Source: Camelus dromedarius (lineage: Eukaryota). From it: DNA of 64,000 nucleotides. Where the stretch lies: the NCBI RefSeq assembly GCF_036321535.1, contig NC_087436.1, forward strand, positions 80,974,001 through 81,038,000, in the 5' to 3' direction. Position 1 is the first letter of the stretch. Each line of letters starts with the position of its first letter. Both the position numbers and the translations under genes were made by a program. Below the pieces are notes generated by a model. It ran no database searches and was not told where the DNA came from. It saw nothing but the letters and a program-made list of their open reading frames with translations. Positions 11,516 to 24,970 of this stretch are shown here, piece after piece.

Positions 11516-13379
11516 CAAATGAAGTTAAAAGATTAAGTTTTAACACCGTATTTTATAAAGTCATCTGGGAAATTGGAAATGAAGTCCTCGTACACTTTCT
11601 GCTGTTTCTCAGTAATGCAAATGCAAACAATATCTATTCTTGGATGACAACTGGTGTTTATGATGCACGGGGGAGACCAGCCACCAGCTCCCTGCCCTAT
11701 ATATTGACTGTGCAGCAAGAAAAGCAGTGCCATCTCAGCTCTCTTAGTACACGGTGCAAATATAACTTGAAGTTGTGCTAGGAATAGTTCCTTTGAGTAT
11801 GAAATTACCAGTTACTGGATGACAGCCGTATTTTTAATGAAATTGCTTACAGAAGTTTCCACTCAATGTAACTAGACATTTCTTGTGTTCAAATAATGCC
11901 ATGATTAAGGCATTCCATACATACGTTTGATTCCCTACAACAAGAAATACCACTTGCATAACAGCTCTGTACATGATGATGAGTGTCATGAACACTGCCT
12001 GTTTCTCCTCTGGCCTCCTTCTGGACTTGGGCTGGCCGTGTACATTCTGGAACAGGTTAATGATAGAGTCCGTTCAGCAAGAGTGACTCATCCAGGGCTG
12101 TCTCAAGAACCTGGGTTATGTGTTCAAATTTGGGCAAACCTTGCTTTGGAGTCACTGAAATCACAGGATCATTTTCTTAAAATGCTTTTCTCTCTTCCAA
12201 CTTCTTTCTTGTGTTTGTCAAGTCTTTGATTTGTTAATATGTATAATTTTAAACTACTGCTAATATTCAGCTCTCAGATACTGTGAGCATAAAAGGTGTT
12301 GCATGGATAAAATTGTTGTCTGGCCAGTCAAAGTCAATATTTTCCAGGAGTGAGAGGGAACCCCTGCTACTCCTTTCTTTGGTGAATTTGGGCCTTAATA
12401 CTTCTGCAGGAAAAGGGGGGAAAACGAGGTGAAATTCAAATGTGTAACTTTTCCTGTAAATTTGGTAAAAGGTAGATTTCAAGAGAAGGTTGAAATTATA
12501 GAATTAAAATTTTTTCTTTTGGGTAATCTTTCATGTGTATTATCTATGTTGGGCCTCCCAATTAACAAATTATATTACACGCTACATTCCCCTTAGAATG
12601 AATTTATTGGACATCAGAACAAATGCCCACTTAGAAAATAGCTGCAGCCGTCTTACCTCAATCTTTTAATAGAGAAAATGGGTACAAAGTAATCTAGGTG
12701 ATTTGACCCAGAATATAAAGTCAGGAAGACCTGTATGCAGACCAGGCTCTTGATTTTTGGTGACTTGTTTTTCTACCCTACTGCTCTATTTCTCAGAGGC
12801 CTTTCTTAACTTCTGAGTTCCCTGAGACAATTAAACCCAAATGCTAGCCTATGGCATCCGATGCATATAATGAATTACTTCCTCTGCTCTGCAAGGAGAA
12901 GGGTCCTGTTTAAGTACCATCTGGCACAACTGAGAAAAGAGTTGCTCATTATTTTCTGTGTTCTTCGCATTAGGTGAGGAATTATGGCTGAGAAAAGAGC
13001 AAGTGAATCTGTAACATTTTATTTTATTTTATTACATAACATTTTAAAAAGCATTTTTCCTTAGCCTAGAGTAACCTTAAAGGCAGCTGAAAAAATAAAC
13101 CATATGAAAATCAAGATGGAACTTGTAATACTTTGTTTTGGGTATACATTTTTAGTCTAATTCCTTGTAATAATATTAATGATGTTGAACCCATTTAATA
13201 TGAATGTTCTCAATACACTGTAGATTTTCATTCAATTCAGTCTCCAAACCACACTATAATTATACAGTTCTCTGATTTTATGTTTTTCATATTCCTTAAC
13301 AACAAAGAAATATGGTATATTAACAGCTAAGACATTTCATGCAGAAAACTAAAACAAAAATTTTTTTTAAAGCAGGTTA

Positions 13380-14480
13380 ATCTGCGTAAACACTGCCTAG
13401 ACGAGTCAAATAATCACCGAAGATGGGTGAGAGAATGGAGGAGGGGGAAGAGGCTTCAGCTCGTGGTAACTGCTGGGTAACACTGAGAAACAGGGAGAGT
13501 TCTGTCTGTGCAGCGCGTTTATTCTCTCTCTGTTTGCGGTCCCAGCCTCTACTGTTTAATTTGTGGAACATTCCAGGGAGTATCCTTAGCTTCCCTGACA
13601 TGAGCCGGGGACTGGGGCTTGAAGGCTCCGAGGGACTCCTTTCTGAAAAGCGGGAGGACGGAATAGAGCAGGTAAACTGTGCGGCACATGGCGCAGCTGG
13701 TTGGGACCCACTCCTCATCCCGAGCGAGGTGAGGCCTTTGTGCCCCGCGCTGTGGGAGGTCAGAGCGTGCTGCTCTGCGTTATGTTTGCAGGCAGTTCTG
13801 AAAAGTGTAGGATGCTGTCTCAGAGAAATGGGGTTACTTCTATATCACAGAAGAGACAATACTGAATGCTTAGACTTCTTTCAGACGTTTGCATGCGGCT
13901 CAATGGTGTCAGCTCTGGGACTCTGCTTCTAATACATTTATTTTCAAGCAAGAATAGGATACCAGTGGCTTATGAGGGTTAGTCTTTATTTGTTTAGCAA
14001 ATCACACTCCGATCAAATGCATACCAGTAATAATAGTGGGATATATATAGTCTTACTGCTGTGTTCTCTTTGTTTGATATAATATTTTCTTAATGTTTTA
14101 GAAAGAGCCATTAAGTAAAGTAAAATTATATTGAACTGTTTTACGGAAACGCCAAGCAACTTATGTATGATATCATTTACGAACTGTATTATTAATGTGA
14201 AATGCTAAAATAATTCAAAAAGAGTAATTGGTATGTAAAGGTCACGTTATCATGAGCTTGGAGTGGAATGGGAATGGAGGGGAGGCGGAGAGAGAGAGAA
14301 TTAATCCATGTGTGATGCTAAGGCAGAGTGCGCTGAAATCGCTGGTGGTGTTTCCTAGGAGCGCCAGATACGCGGAGTTACAGCGGGTGCTGCTGTTCGT
14401 CAGTGTTGTCAGGGAACAGGTGCTGTGACTGTTTGTGAGATGTGAAAATGATTCCTGATCCCAATGCTGAGCCATAAATT
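13380..14480 (+). promoter_or_regulatory. Second CpG-enriched block, candidate alternative promoter / first exons
   Basis: Non-repetitive, locally GC- and CpG-rich segments at about 13380-13790 and 14270-14430. Donor-like sites TGG|GTGAGA (13426/7), CAG|GTAAAC (13671/2) and GAG|GTGAGG (13728/9). Confidence 0.5.
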
Positions 14481-14789
14481 GTAACCAGAATTATTAGGAC
14501 TGTGTTTGCAGACCTGCAAGCAGGCAGCAAAGGCCGGTGGTATCTTGTAATTTCCAATGGACAAGGTTAAATTTTTATCTTAAGTCTGAGCTTTGATTTG
14601 AAACAAAGGGTTCAGCTGGTTTTTCCTGAGTTGCCAGCTCCTTTACCTGGTGATTTCCTGTTATGCCATTATTAAGTTTCCAGAGAATTCTCTCTAGAAT
14701 AAGTTCAGTCTACCTGCCTGCTTTCTGAGACACTGCTTTTGGTGCTGTAATTGATTTTAATCAGAGGCAGTGTAGCACCTTTATTTTTT

Positions 14790-17198
14790 ATTTTTTTTTA
14801 ACATTTTTTATTGATTTATAATCATTTTACAATGTTGTGTCAAATTCCAGTGTTCAGCACAATTTTTCAGTTATTCATGGACATATACACACTCATTGTC
14901 ACATTTTTTTCTCTGTGAGTTATCATAACATTTTGTGTATATTTCCCTGTGCTATATACAGTGTAGTCTATTCTACAATTTTGAAATTCCAGTCTATCCC
15001 TTCCCACCCTCCACCCCCCTGGTAACCACAAGTCTGTATTCTCTGTCTGTGAGTCTATTTCTGTCCTGTATTTACGCTTTGTTTTTGTTTGTTTGTTTGT
15101 TTTTGTTTTTGTTTTTTAGATTCCACATATGAGTGATCTCATATGGTATTTTTCTTTCTCTTTCTGGTTTACTTCACTTAGAATAACATTCTCCAGGAGC
15201 ATCCATGTTGCTGCAAATGGCATTATGTTGTCGGTTTTTATGGCTGAGTAGTATTCCATTGTATAAATATACCACCTCTTCTTTATCCAGTCACCTGTTG
15301 ATGGACATTTAGTCTGTTTCCATGTTTTGGCTATTGTAAATAGTGCTGCTATGAACATTGGGGTGCAGGTGTCATCCTGAAGTAGATTTCCTTCTGGATA
15401 CAAGCCCAGGAGTGGGATTCCTGGGTCATATGGTAAGTCTATTCCTAGTCTTTTGAGGAATCTCCACACTGTTTTCCATAGTGGCTGCACCAAACTGCAT
15501 TCCCACCAGCAGTGTAGGAGGGTTCCCCTTTCTCCACAGCCTCTCCAGCATTTGTCATTTGTGGATTTTTGAATGACGGCCATTCTGACTGGTGTGAGGT
15601 GATACCTCATTGTAGTTTTGATTTGCATTTCTCTGATAATTAGTGATATTGAGCATTTTTTCATGTGCTTTTTGATCATTTGTATGTCTTCTTTGGAGAA
15701 TTGCTTGTTTAGGTCTTCTGCCCATTTTTGGATTGGGTTGTTTATTTTTTTCTTATTGAGTCGTATGAGCTGCTTATATATTCTGGAGATCAAGCCTTTG
15801 TCGGTTTCACTTGCAAAAATGTTCTCCCATTCCGTAGGTTTTCTTCTTGTTTTATTTCTGGTTTCCTTTGCTGTGCAGAAGCTTGTAAGTTTCATTAGGT
15901 CCCATTTGTTTATTCTTGCTTTTATTTCTTCTAGGAGAAAATTTTTGAAATGTATGTCAGATAATGTTTTGCCTATGTTTTCCTCTAGGAGGTTTATTGT
16001 ATCTTGTCTTATGTTTAAGTCTTTAATCCATTTTGAGTTGATTTTTGTATATGGTGTAAGGGAGTGTTCTAGCTTCATTGTTTTACATGTTGCTGTCCAG
16101 TTTTTCCAACACCATTTGCTGAAGAGACTGTCTTTATTCCAATGTATATTCTTGCCTCCTTTGTCAAAGATGAGTTGACCAAAAGTTTGTGGGTTCATTT
16201 CTGGGCTCTCTATTCTGTTCCATTGGTCTATATGTCTGTTTTGGTACCAATACCATGCTGTCTTGATGACTGTAGCTCTATAGTATTGTCTGAAGTCTGG
16301 GAGAGTTATTCGTCCAGCCTCTTTCTTTCTCTTCAGTAATGCTTTGGCAATTCTAGGTCTTTGATGGTTCCATATGAATTTTATTATGATTTTTTCTAGT
16401 TCGGTGAAATATGTCCTGGGTAATTAGATAGGGATTGCATTAAATCTGTAGATTGCCTTGGGCAGTGTGACCATTTTAACAATATTGATTCTTCCTATCC
16501 AAGAGCATGGAATATCTTTCCATTTTTTAAAGTCTTCTTTAATTTCCTTCATCAATGGTTTATAGTTTTCTGTGTATAATTCTTTCACCTCCTTGGTTAG
16601 ATTTATTCCCAGATATTTTATTACTTTGGGTGCTATTTTAAAGGGGATTGTTTCTTTACTTTCTTCTTCTGTTGATTTATCGTTAGTGTAAAGAAATGCA
16701 ACTGATTTTTGAACATTAATTTTGTAACCTGCTACCTTGCTGAATTCTTCAATCAGCTCTAGTAGCTTTTGTGTGGACCTTTTAGGGTTTTCTATATATA
16801 GTAACATGTCATCAGCATATAATGACACTTTTACCTCTTCTTTTCCAATTTGGATCCCTTTTATTTCTTTCTCTTGCCTGACTGCTATGGCTAGGACTTC
16901 CAGGACTATGTTGAATAGGAGTGGTGATAGTGGGCATCCTTGTCTTGTCCCAGATTTTAGTGGGAACCTTTTGAGTTTTTCACCGTTGAGTACTATGCTG
17001 GCTGTAGGTTTGTCATATATAGCTTTTATTATGTTGAGATATGTTCCCTCTATACCCACTTTGGCGAGAGTTTTTATCATAAATGGGTGTTGAATTTTAT
17101 CAAATGCTTTTTCTGCATTGATTGAGATGATCATGTGGTTTTTGTCCTTTCTCTTGTTGATGTGATGTATTACACTGATTGATTTGCGTATGTTGAAC
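14790..17198 (-). mobile_element. Young 5'-truncated LINE-1 (2.4 kb), lineage-specific
   Basis: Perfect 15-bp TSD GCACCTTTATTTTTT at 14775-14789 and 17199-17213, poly(T) at the left end, 3' UTR, and a nearly intact ORF2 portion. Confidence 0.97.
15116..17198 (-). pseudogene. L1 ORF2 remnant (partial RT domain and C-terminal Cys-rich domain)
   Basis: ORFs 16424-17134 and 15116-16198 share a frame and are split by one TAA at 16424-16426. Motifs [35 protein letters not shown]. No endonuclease domain. Confidence 0.95.
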
Positions 17199-19179
17199 GC
17201 ACCTTTATTTTTTGAATGCTGAGAACTGTAGTAAATGATTTAGCCATGAAATGTCAGTTTGGCAGCTTTTGGAAAGTTGTTAACCTGGTAACCCAACTCC
17301 TACTAGAATGATGCATTTACCTCTAGAGGTCTATGAGGGTAACACTTTTCTTGTGGTAATAAGTGGCCATTAACTAGTGTTTGATGGCTTATTTGGAATT
17401 TTTTTTCAAAACAGATCTTGTATGTCATGATGTCATAAAAGCCTTCTTTATTATATAACTTATTAATACATTTTCACCTACAGAGACCATTTGATATAGT
17501 ATTGTCTCAGATTTTTTTCATCTTTATGTTTTTAGTACAGCACAAGTGCTTCTTTCTACAGACTCAAATATGCCTTTTATTAATAGGTTTGTTTAATTTA
17601 ACATTTTTCTGATATTTAAGCACAGTTAACTTTTTTTTTCCACCTGGTATAAAAAGTGTCGTATAAGTAAGTGGTATTTATAAGGGTTAGTACAAAACTT
17701 GGTATTCTGGGTTTATCTATTATCATTTTATCTTCTTTATTCTCTTCAAAGCTATGATGAAATCAGGCATGATATTAAATATGGTGTTAAATGCAATTTA
17801 TTGCAAATTATTACATAAAATAATACCCTGTATACTAATTTTAAATTGGTAACTTTTTCATAATTATTGACTGTTTTAGATTGTAATTATTTATTTTTTA
17901 GTTCATTGATGGCTAGTGTGATACTTTTCTTCCATTTAAAGTGAGCCTTTAAGACAATAGCAGTTTGTTTTTCATGTCTTCTGCTCATTTTTGTGCTTGA
18001 CTTTAAATATTAGATTCAGAAATTATGGCTACAAAAGCAGGCATTGGAGACTAGTCTCTCCTGCTACTAACTGCCGTGTACTGTCCTGTGACTTTCTCAC
18101 TTGTCTACATTAACTTGGCTAGGTTCTGTTTCAGCCCAAGGGTTATCTAGAAATAGCCAGGACTCCTGGGGCCTGTTCACACCCACATGGCTGTGTGGAA
18201 GTCAGACTGAAGAGAGCAGCGATGCTGGGCAGAGGTCCAGAGAGGGGTTCAGTGTGGATTAGGTATGCACCGGGGTCTTGGAGTGAGTGTTTTGAATCTA
18301 GATTTTTACCACGAATCTACGCTTGCTTCTTGGTTCAAGGAGAGCACTGGCTAGAGCACATTGTCAACCAGGAGACCCAGGACTTTGTCCTGTGATGACT
18401 GCCTCAGTGCCTCTGGGTGTCTGTAATGCCATCTCGGAAGAATTAGCCTTAAGTTCTCTTAGACGTTTCAGCTACTTCGTGCTCGGAGTTCTAGTGAATT
18501 TGAAACTGTATCCATCAGGTGACAGCTATGAGTTAGCCACCCTTCCAATTCAAAGTGGCAGGCTCCTTCCACTTTGAAGTTCAATGTTTTGCTTCTATGC
18601 TTTCTCTAACCACATTTTTCTTTCTTTAGTTTTTCTTCTGTTGTGATTCTCTATTTTGTTTCTTTCTTTGCTTTGTCTCTTTATTAGCCTAGAGCTTTGT
18701 CATATCAGGTCCCTGTTTTCTTCCCATATTTGTTCTCAATATTATTGATCATGGTGTTTATCTGCCCTCTCCCTTCTTCAGTTACACATTTTCAGGGTGC
18801 ACTGCATTGATCATTGTTTTTGTTCTCTTTGAATGAATCCACACACTAAAGATTCTACTTTAACTGTCCCAAACTACTCAAACTGTTGTATACCTATTAT
18901 TATCAACTCCTTTATGTTCCCACCCCCAGAAAGCTTTCGTAGAAAAGTAAAACCGGATAAGCATGTGGCAAATATTACATCGATTCTTGGTTCAAAACAC
19001 TCTGGATTTAAGAATCAGTTCTGATGTTCACTAGTAATGGCAAGTCATTTCAAATATTTTGTAAAACAGGAATAATGGTCAAATGAAACAAGGTAGCTGA
19101 AAGCATTTCATGGTGCAAATATTAGTTATTATTACTGAGAATTACTAATGAAGAGGGTCACCATTCAATTTCCTAGGAG

Positions 19180-20480
19180 ATTTTTTAACTTTTTATTTTG
19201 AAGTTTATTTTATTTTTTAACTTGTTATTTTGAAATAATTTCAGACATATAAAATTTTACTGAAGTTGTACAAGTGCCCATGTAATCTTTTCCTAGATGT
19301 TAGCATCTTAAAATGATCAAGCCCAGTTAATTAACTTTGATAAAATACTATTAACTAACCTATATATGTACCACTGTATTGTACCACCAGTGTGTTTTTT
19401 CTGGACCAGGATACAGACAGGAATCACACATGTATTAAGTGTTCATGTCTATTAGTCTCCTCCAATCTGGGTTAGTTCCTCATTCTTTCTTTGTCTTACA
19501 TGGTCTTGAGACTTTTGAAGAGTAGTGACCAGTTATTTTGGAGTCTCTCAATTTGGATTTTCTCATGTTCTCTCATGATTAAAGTCAGATTATGCATTTT
19601 TGGCAAAAATACCATGGAATGATGCTATGCTGTTCTCAGTTCATTGTATCAGGAAACATGTGATGACAAGATGTCTAATTACAAATGATGTCAACTTCGA
19701 CTTCTCAATTCAGGTCTGCCGGGTTTTTCCGTTGTTAAGTTGATGATTTCCTTTTTGTAGTTAGTAAGCATCTTATGGGGAGATACCTTGAGATTATGTA
19801 ATGACAGGTTTTTCATCATACTTTATACCACACGTTTTAGCATTTATTGTTGATTCCTTATTGAAACAGTTGTCACTGTTTTATTTGCCAAATGGTGATT
19901 TTCTATTTTATCATTCCTTTTACATTTGTTAGTTAAGATTCTTGTGTAAGAAGGAGCTTTCTTTTCTTCTCCACTTATTTACTTACTCAGTTATTTATTT
20001 TTATCAATATAGGCTCATGGATATTTGTTTTAATCTGAGTCATAGTCCATTATAATTGGTATTTACTTTGTTGCTCAAACTGTCCAGATTAGGCCATTTG
20101 GCCAATCTTCAAGTTGGCTCCTGTGTCCTTTCTTTATATCACCATTTTTATAACACTTTTTATTTTCTGGTACCACAAGGTGCTTCAACTTCATCTTACA
20201 CTTTTTTCTTTTCCAGCTCTTAGATCAGCCATTCAAGGAGCCCAGATTTCTTTTATGAAAACAATGGTATTTAGAAACCAAGATCTAGGTGTTAGATGTG
20301 CTCATTTATAAAATAATGAATCTCTTTTTCCTGCAATATACTTACTTATTTCTGCAGGCCTTCAGTACACATGAAGTATTTTCAGAATTGCTAATCCATA
20401 TCTCTGTGAAGAACAAATTTACTAACTAGAATACAGTATTTGTGTCAAATTTTATTTTTCTCTAGAGTATAATGTCAAAA
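19180..20480 (-). mobile_element. Old LINE-1 3' UTR (L1MC4/L1MC5-like)
   Basis: TTATTTTGAAATAATTTCAGAC...AATACTATTAACTAA...TTAGTCTCCTCCAATCTGG...ACTTTTGAAGAGTA...TTATGCATTTTTGGCAA...GGTATTTAGAAACCAAGATCT. Confidence 0.8.
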
Positions 20481-21449
20481 CACTATGGCCTACACAGAAA
20501 ACTATGGAGAGATCTTCTTGATTTGAATATTTGCATACTTAAGCAAGTAACCTACAAATCAATTTTTTGTTTAAACTAATTTCGATACCTGCTTTGTTAG
20601 CAAACTAAAAAGGAAACCTCGTACGTCTAATATGTTTTCAGCCTGTTGTGGAATTTGGACAAACATGCTGCTCACAATTAGGGAAATGGAAAAGCCCATA
20701 GAAACTGCGTATCATTCTATTTGAAAATTTTAATTAATTTTTTAAGCTTTGCTAGAATTTGGCTAGAAACTAGTATAAACAATAATTTATCTATAGTATT
20801 GTTTCAAGCCTCTTTAACGCTCACTCTCATTGTTCTGATTCTTTCATCATGTTCCCACCTCCACGTTCCCTGATTCTTTTCCTCTAAGTCTACTGACAAT
20901 TGATCGGCCTCCGCTTCTAAAGGTGAAGGCTCTGCACAGTGTTATAGTCTCACCCCCCATTTCTAACATCACTGAAAGCCTTGTATCTTTTGTAACCAAT
21001 TTTGCATAAGAGATATTCAGAGAGACAAGGGGAGCTTTGCCTTTCACACGTACCGTTGTGTTATTGTGGGTGTCTCCCACAGCTTTCATTTGATAGGAAA
21101 GTAAAAAGACAACAAAACCAAGCCCTACACAAACGAAAAACAGGAGTCCAGGGCATTTGGTCATTTGTTAGTGGGACAAACCTTAAATGGCTGAGGCACC
21201 ACTGAATCCCAGTTAACACCTGATATTCAGGCTTCTCCCCCAATCCCCACCCTTTTAAAAAGTGATTTACCCTTAGGTGGGATTTACAGCGCAAATAATA
21301 TTCCTTTCTAGTGTTCACGGAAATGTTTGTTCTATTTTCTCTGAGGGTGTGGCACCTTTACATTTCCCCCACACAGAGTGAGGCAATTTAAAAGGGCCAC
21401 ATCATCTGCGCTTCAAATTGCCTCCTTTTTCGGGACAACTGCTTATTGT

Positions 21450-21710
21450 GATAGCTCAGAGTACACAGGCGCTGGGTTCATTACTTGGATTCTTAGTCTC
21501 ACTCTCCCAGCTGTGTGGTTCTTGGTCAAGGTGCTTAATCTCTATTGGCCTTAATTTCTTCTGGAAAATATGGACAAAAAAAAAAAAAAAAGGGTTTTAC
21601 ACGGTTGTTGTCAAGTTTAAATGCACTGAGAGACGTGCAGTGCTTAGAAGCATTCCCGGCACCTAGGAGACACTCACTAAATGTTACTGCTGTTGTTGTT
21701 GTTGTTGTTA
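21450..21710 (+). mobile_element. MIR SINE
   Basis: AGCTGTGTGGTTCTTGGTCAAGGTGCTTAATCTCT...GTGCTTAGAAGCATTCCCGGCACCTAG...CACTCACTAAATGTTA. Confidence 0.75.
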
Positions 21711-24700
21711 TTTGTGTACCTGCCTCTCTTTGGGTCTCATCGTACCTTCATTTTCTAGACTAGTAGACACGTGGGTATTTAAGATACGTACATACAGTAA
21801 AGAGTAGGGATAATTGTTTTTGTATTATAAAGAGTTAAGACTAGACAGTAGGTGAGGATGAAGCAAAAGGGGAAATGACTATTAAAGAGTAAATGATATA
21901 ACATTACTCTAGGCTTTTACCATCCTCATATCTTTAATATTGATTTCTCTCTCACACGCGGAATAAAGGAACAGAAAACAGCCTGTCTTACTGAATACAG
22001 TAAGATAAAATTTCATGAAGAGTCCAAGATAAGGCGTGACCTCAGCCAAAAAATAGACACTCCAACCTGGCAAGTTGATTTTGTCTTTCTGGAAGACGAG
22101 ACCTGTGAACTACAAAGTGTAGCAGTATCTTTTTCTGCTTTGTTTCTGGGTTTCAGTGAAAAGGGAAGGGAGCTGGAAGGGGTGGAGAGAAGGATAGAAA
22201 ATGCTAAAAAGAGGGGAGTAGCACAAATCAAGTAACAGTTGGGAAGTAACAGACACAAGGGCAAACTGACTTCTACCGTGATGTCTAGTTTTAACAGTGT
22301 GTCAAAATTTAGTATTCCATAACATACTAGGTGTTGCAAGCATTTCATGTGCCCAGATAGAAGTATGGTAGTGAGCCACCGCTTAGGTTTCTTTCCTTAG
22401 CTGCAATTTATGAGTGTCAGCGTTATTCCTCCTGGATAGAGAAATAAAACTGTAATCTTTCAATAGTGCCACTTACTGTATATATGTTTGCATCTCATTT
22501 TGATTTGGTAGCTTCCAAACCCTAGGGAATGAATGAAGTAGTTAGTCTACTGTTATTCTTGATGTGAGATGATTTTGATCTTTTATCTTAAATAGCGTAG
22601 CGAACTCTTCCTTTTAGTGAACGCATTTTTCACCATTAGTCACACTTGGTGGTTACAAAGTTCTATTTTCTTTTATACCAATGCCAACATTGTTGTAACT
22701 TCTTGGCTTATGGAGGATGGATGTTTAGAGTTACTGGGAACTATGAAAAGGAAGATACCACAGATTTTTATTTGCTGAGGTTTATTAAGAGAGTCATTGA
22801 TCTGGGATTGTCATCCTTTGCAGAAATTTAGAAAAGCTTTCCATTGCATGTGCCATTTTGGTTTAGCAGCTGAAAAACAGTAACAGCTTGGGGATATTAC
22901 CATGTGACAGGGCCATCAGCAACACAAATAAGTAGGTTCATCACAGTTGCTGTTGATTTGAGCGTGGGAATCCTTGGTATGGTGGGAATGTTTATTTGTT
23001 TACTTTTCATAACCCGAAGTAAAGAACTCCTTCCTTGAAGTCTATTTCCTTTCTGGCCTTTGAGAAGATTATGATCTTTTGCATGATTTACTGATCACCT
23101 TTTGACCACAAGTATATATCATGTCATATTGGACAGGTTTGAATCACAAGGATAAAGTTCAATAACCTGTTAATAAAAATGGCCCTGCAACATGTTAAGA
23201 CAAATGTACTTATGCTCCAGGGTATATACTTAGTTGTAATGATAAAAAAGCACAGCGTTAGGTACTCCATGATTCATAGTTTGTGCCACATTTTCATGTA
23301 CATTTTGCAGATTCCTAGCAATAGACATTAGCCCCCGTATTTTGGTCACAAGTTGAAAACCTTTTGGGAAATCGATATTACCCAAATGTTTTTGGTGAAA
23401 GTCTGTCCTTCCTGGGAAAGATCATACCAAAAGAATGTTGAGGGATGAGTACGAACTTTTCAGATAGACAAAGAAGAAAGGAATTACAAGTGGACAAGGA
23501 AATAAAGAAGTCATTTCAGATAGAGAGAAACCCATGTACAAGGAAACTATATTGTGATGACAATATTAGGAGATGTCTGGTAAATGTCCAGGAGTTTAGG
23601 ATGAATTCGGACACTACTGATAGAGAGGAAGGAATAGAGTCAAGAGTTATGAAAGAGTTAAAATGACTAAACTTGGTGATTAATTAACAGAAGGGGGTTA
23701 GTAAGAAGGGGGTTGGAAAGACCCAAACCTAACTGAGCGTATTAGTCCCTGATATTAGTGACTAAGTCTCACTCTGCCCCATTCACTTCTGAATAGCGCA
23801 AGCAGGGTATTAAATCATGTGCTTTTGTGAAGCCTAAAAATATGGTTTCATGTCTCAACTCCATCAGTCATATATGCAACTTTGGGACAATAAGTTCTGT
23901 TTGTATTAAGTTCTGAAAAAAGAATACTCAGACATTTTATAAATGCTAATTGGAGAAGTCACTTAGTGATAACTACATAAGTGCAAAATTTTTTGTTATC
24001 CTGTTGCCCACTGCTACTAATTGTCAACATTAAAAATGTATATTTGCAAAACCAGTTCCTTTATACTAAATTAAGAAATATGACACTGTGTTCCTAACTT
24101 TTCACTTACACTGTTGTAGCAGTCTCCAGACACACCACAGTTTTGCCATACACTTGAGTGTCCCCAGCATTCAGTTCCCTTCTCCATCTTTTTAATTTCT
24201 AATCTAAATGAAACAAGAGGTAGTTATGGTTGAGTTCCTTTTTCTCTTGTTGGTTAATGCAAGTGTGCAGTCCTTCCATCCAAGTAAAATAAATGCATAA
24301 GCCATGAGGCAGGCTGATAGTTTATTTTCTTTTCTTTGGTGACAGGAACAAGGAGATTTTTGTGAAGAAACAAAATACTTGTTGCAAAGCATCAGTGTTA
24401 ATGTGTCAAAGGTGACTAACATCTTGAATGTCATCCAGACACCTACTCTAGGGGAACTAAGGGCATAGTAAAATAATGGCCATCTTTGATACCCGGTTTG
24501 GCTCTCAATACCAAATTCTGATGTGGCTTGGGCACAGATGTGAGCTGGGCAGGCGTCACTCAAGTTTTGCAGACACAATCTTACTCCTTTAATCCAGCAC
24601 TAGATAGAGAACAGCCCAAATGGCTTGTGTTGTTTCTCTATGACCTGATTACTTGAGCATTGTAAAGTTTTCAGTGTTACTAATGGGAAAGGAAGACAGC

Positions 24701-24894
24701 CCTAGAACAGAATAGTTCTGTCCCTCGTTCCTGGGCAAAGCCTCATGAGGAACTGAAACTGCCTTTAGAAGGTGAGAACCCCTTCTGAAATGGGGGGAGC
24801 ACAGGCCTGATATGCTGTCCTAGGCAGTGGAGAGTGAAGGGAGCAAAGAGAGTCTTTCTCCTCTAAAGCCTAGAGAAGAAGTAGAATCTTTGAA

Positions 24895-24970
24895 AAAAGG
24901 CCCTGGAATTTACATTCTAACAAATTTCTCGCGTGAGTCTTCTATACACCAAAGTTGAAGAGTATTTACT
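24895..24970. mobile_element. MER5-like hAT fragment
   Basis: GGCCCTGGAATTTACATTCTAACAAATTTCTC...TGAGTCTT...CAAAGTTGAAGA resembles the MER5A terminal half. Confidence 0.5.

Noticed and set aside
11965..12060. C-box-like ATGATGA motifs as possible C/D snoRNAs (also about 27705, 47863 and 57544)
   Set aside because: I could not find a properly spaced D box with terminal stem or an rRNA-complementary guide.
13377..13932. 169-aa and 113-aa ORFs as standalone genes
   Set aside because: No recognisable homology, and they cross donor-like sites in a GC-rich patch. Only short N-terminal exon possibilities are retained as speculation.
15618..17093. Plus-strand ORFs of 186, 65 and 118 aa
   Set aside because: Antisense shadows of L1 ORF2.
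15116..17134. Reverse transcriptase as part of a novel RT system or an active element
   Set aside because: Ordinary 5'-truncated LINE-1 with TSD and poly(A). It has no promoter, ORF1 or endonuclease, and it carries an internal stop.
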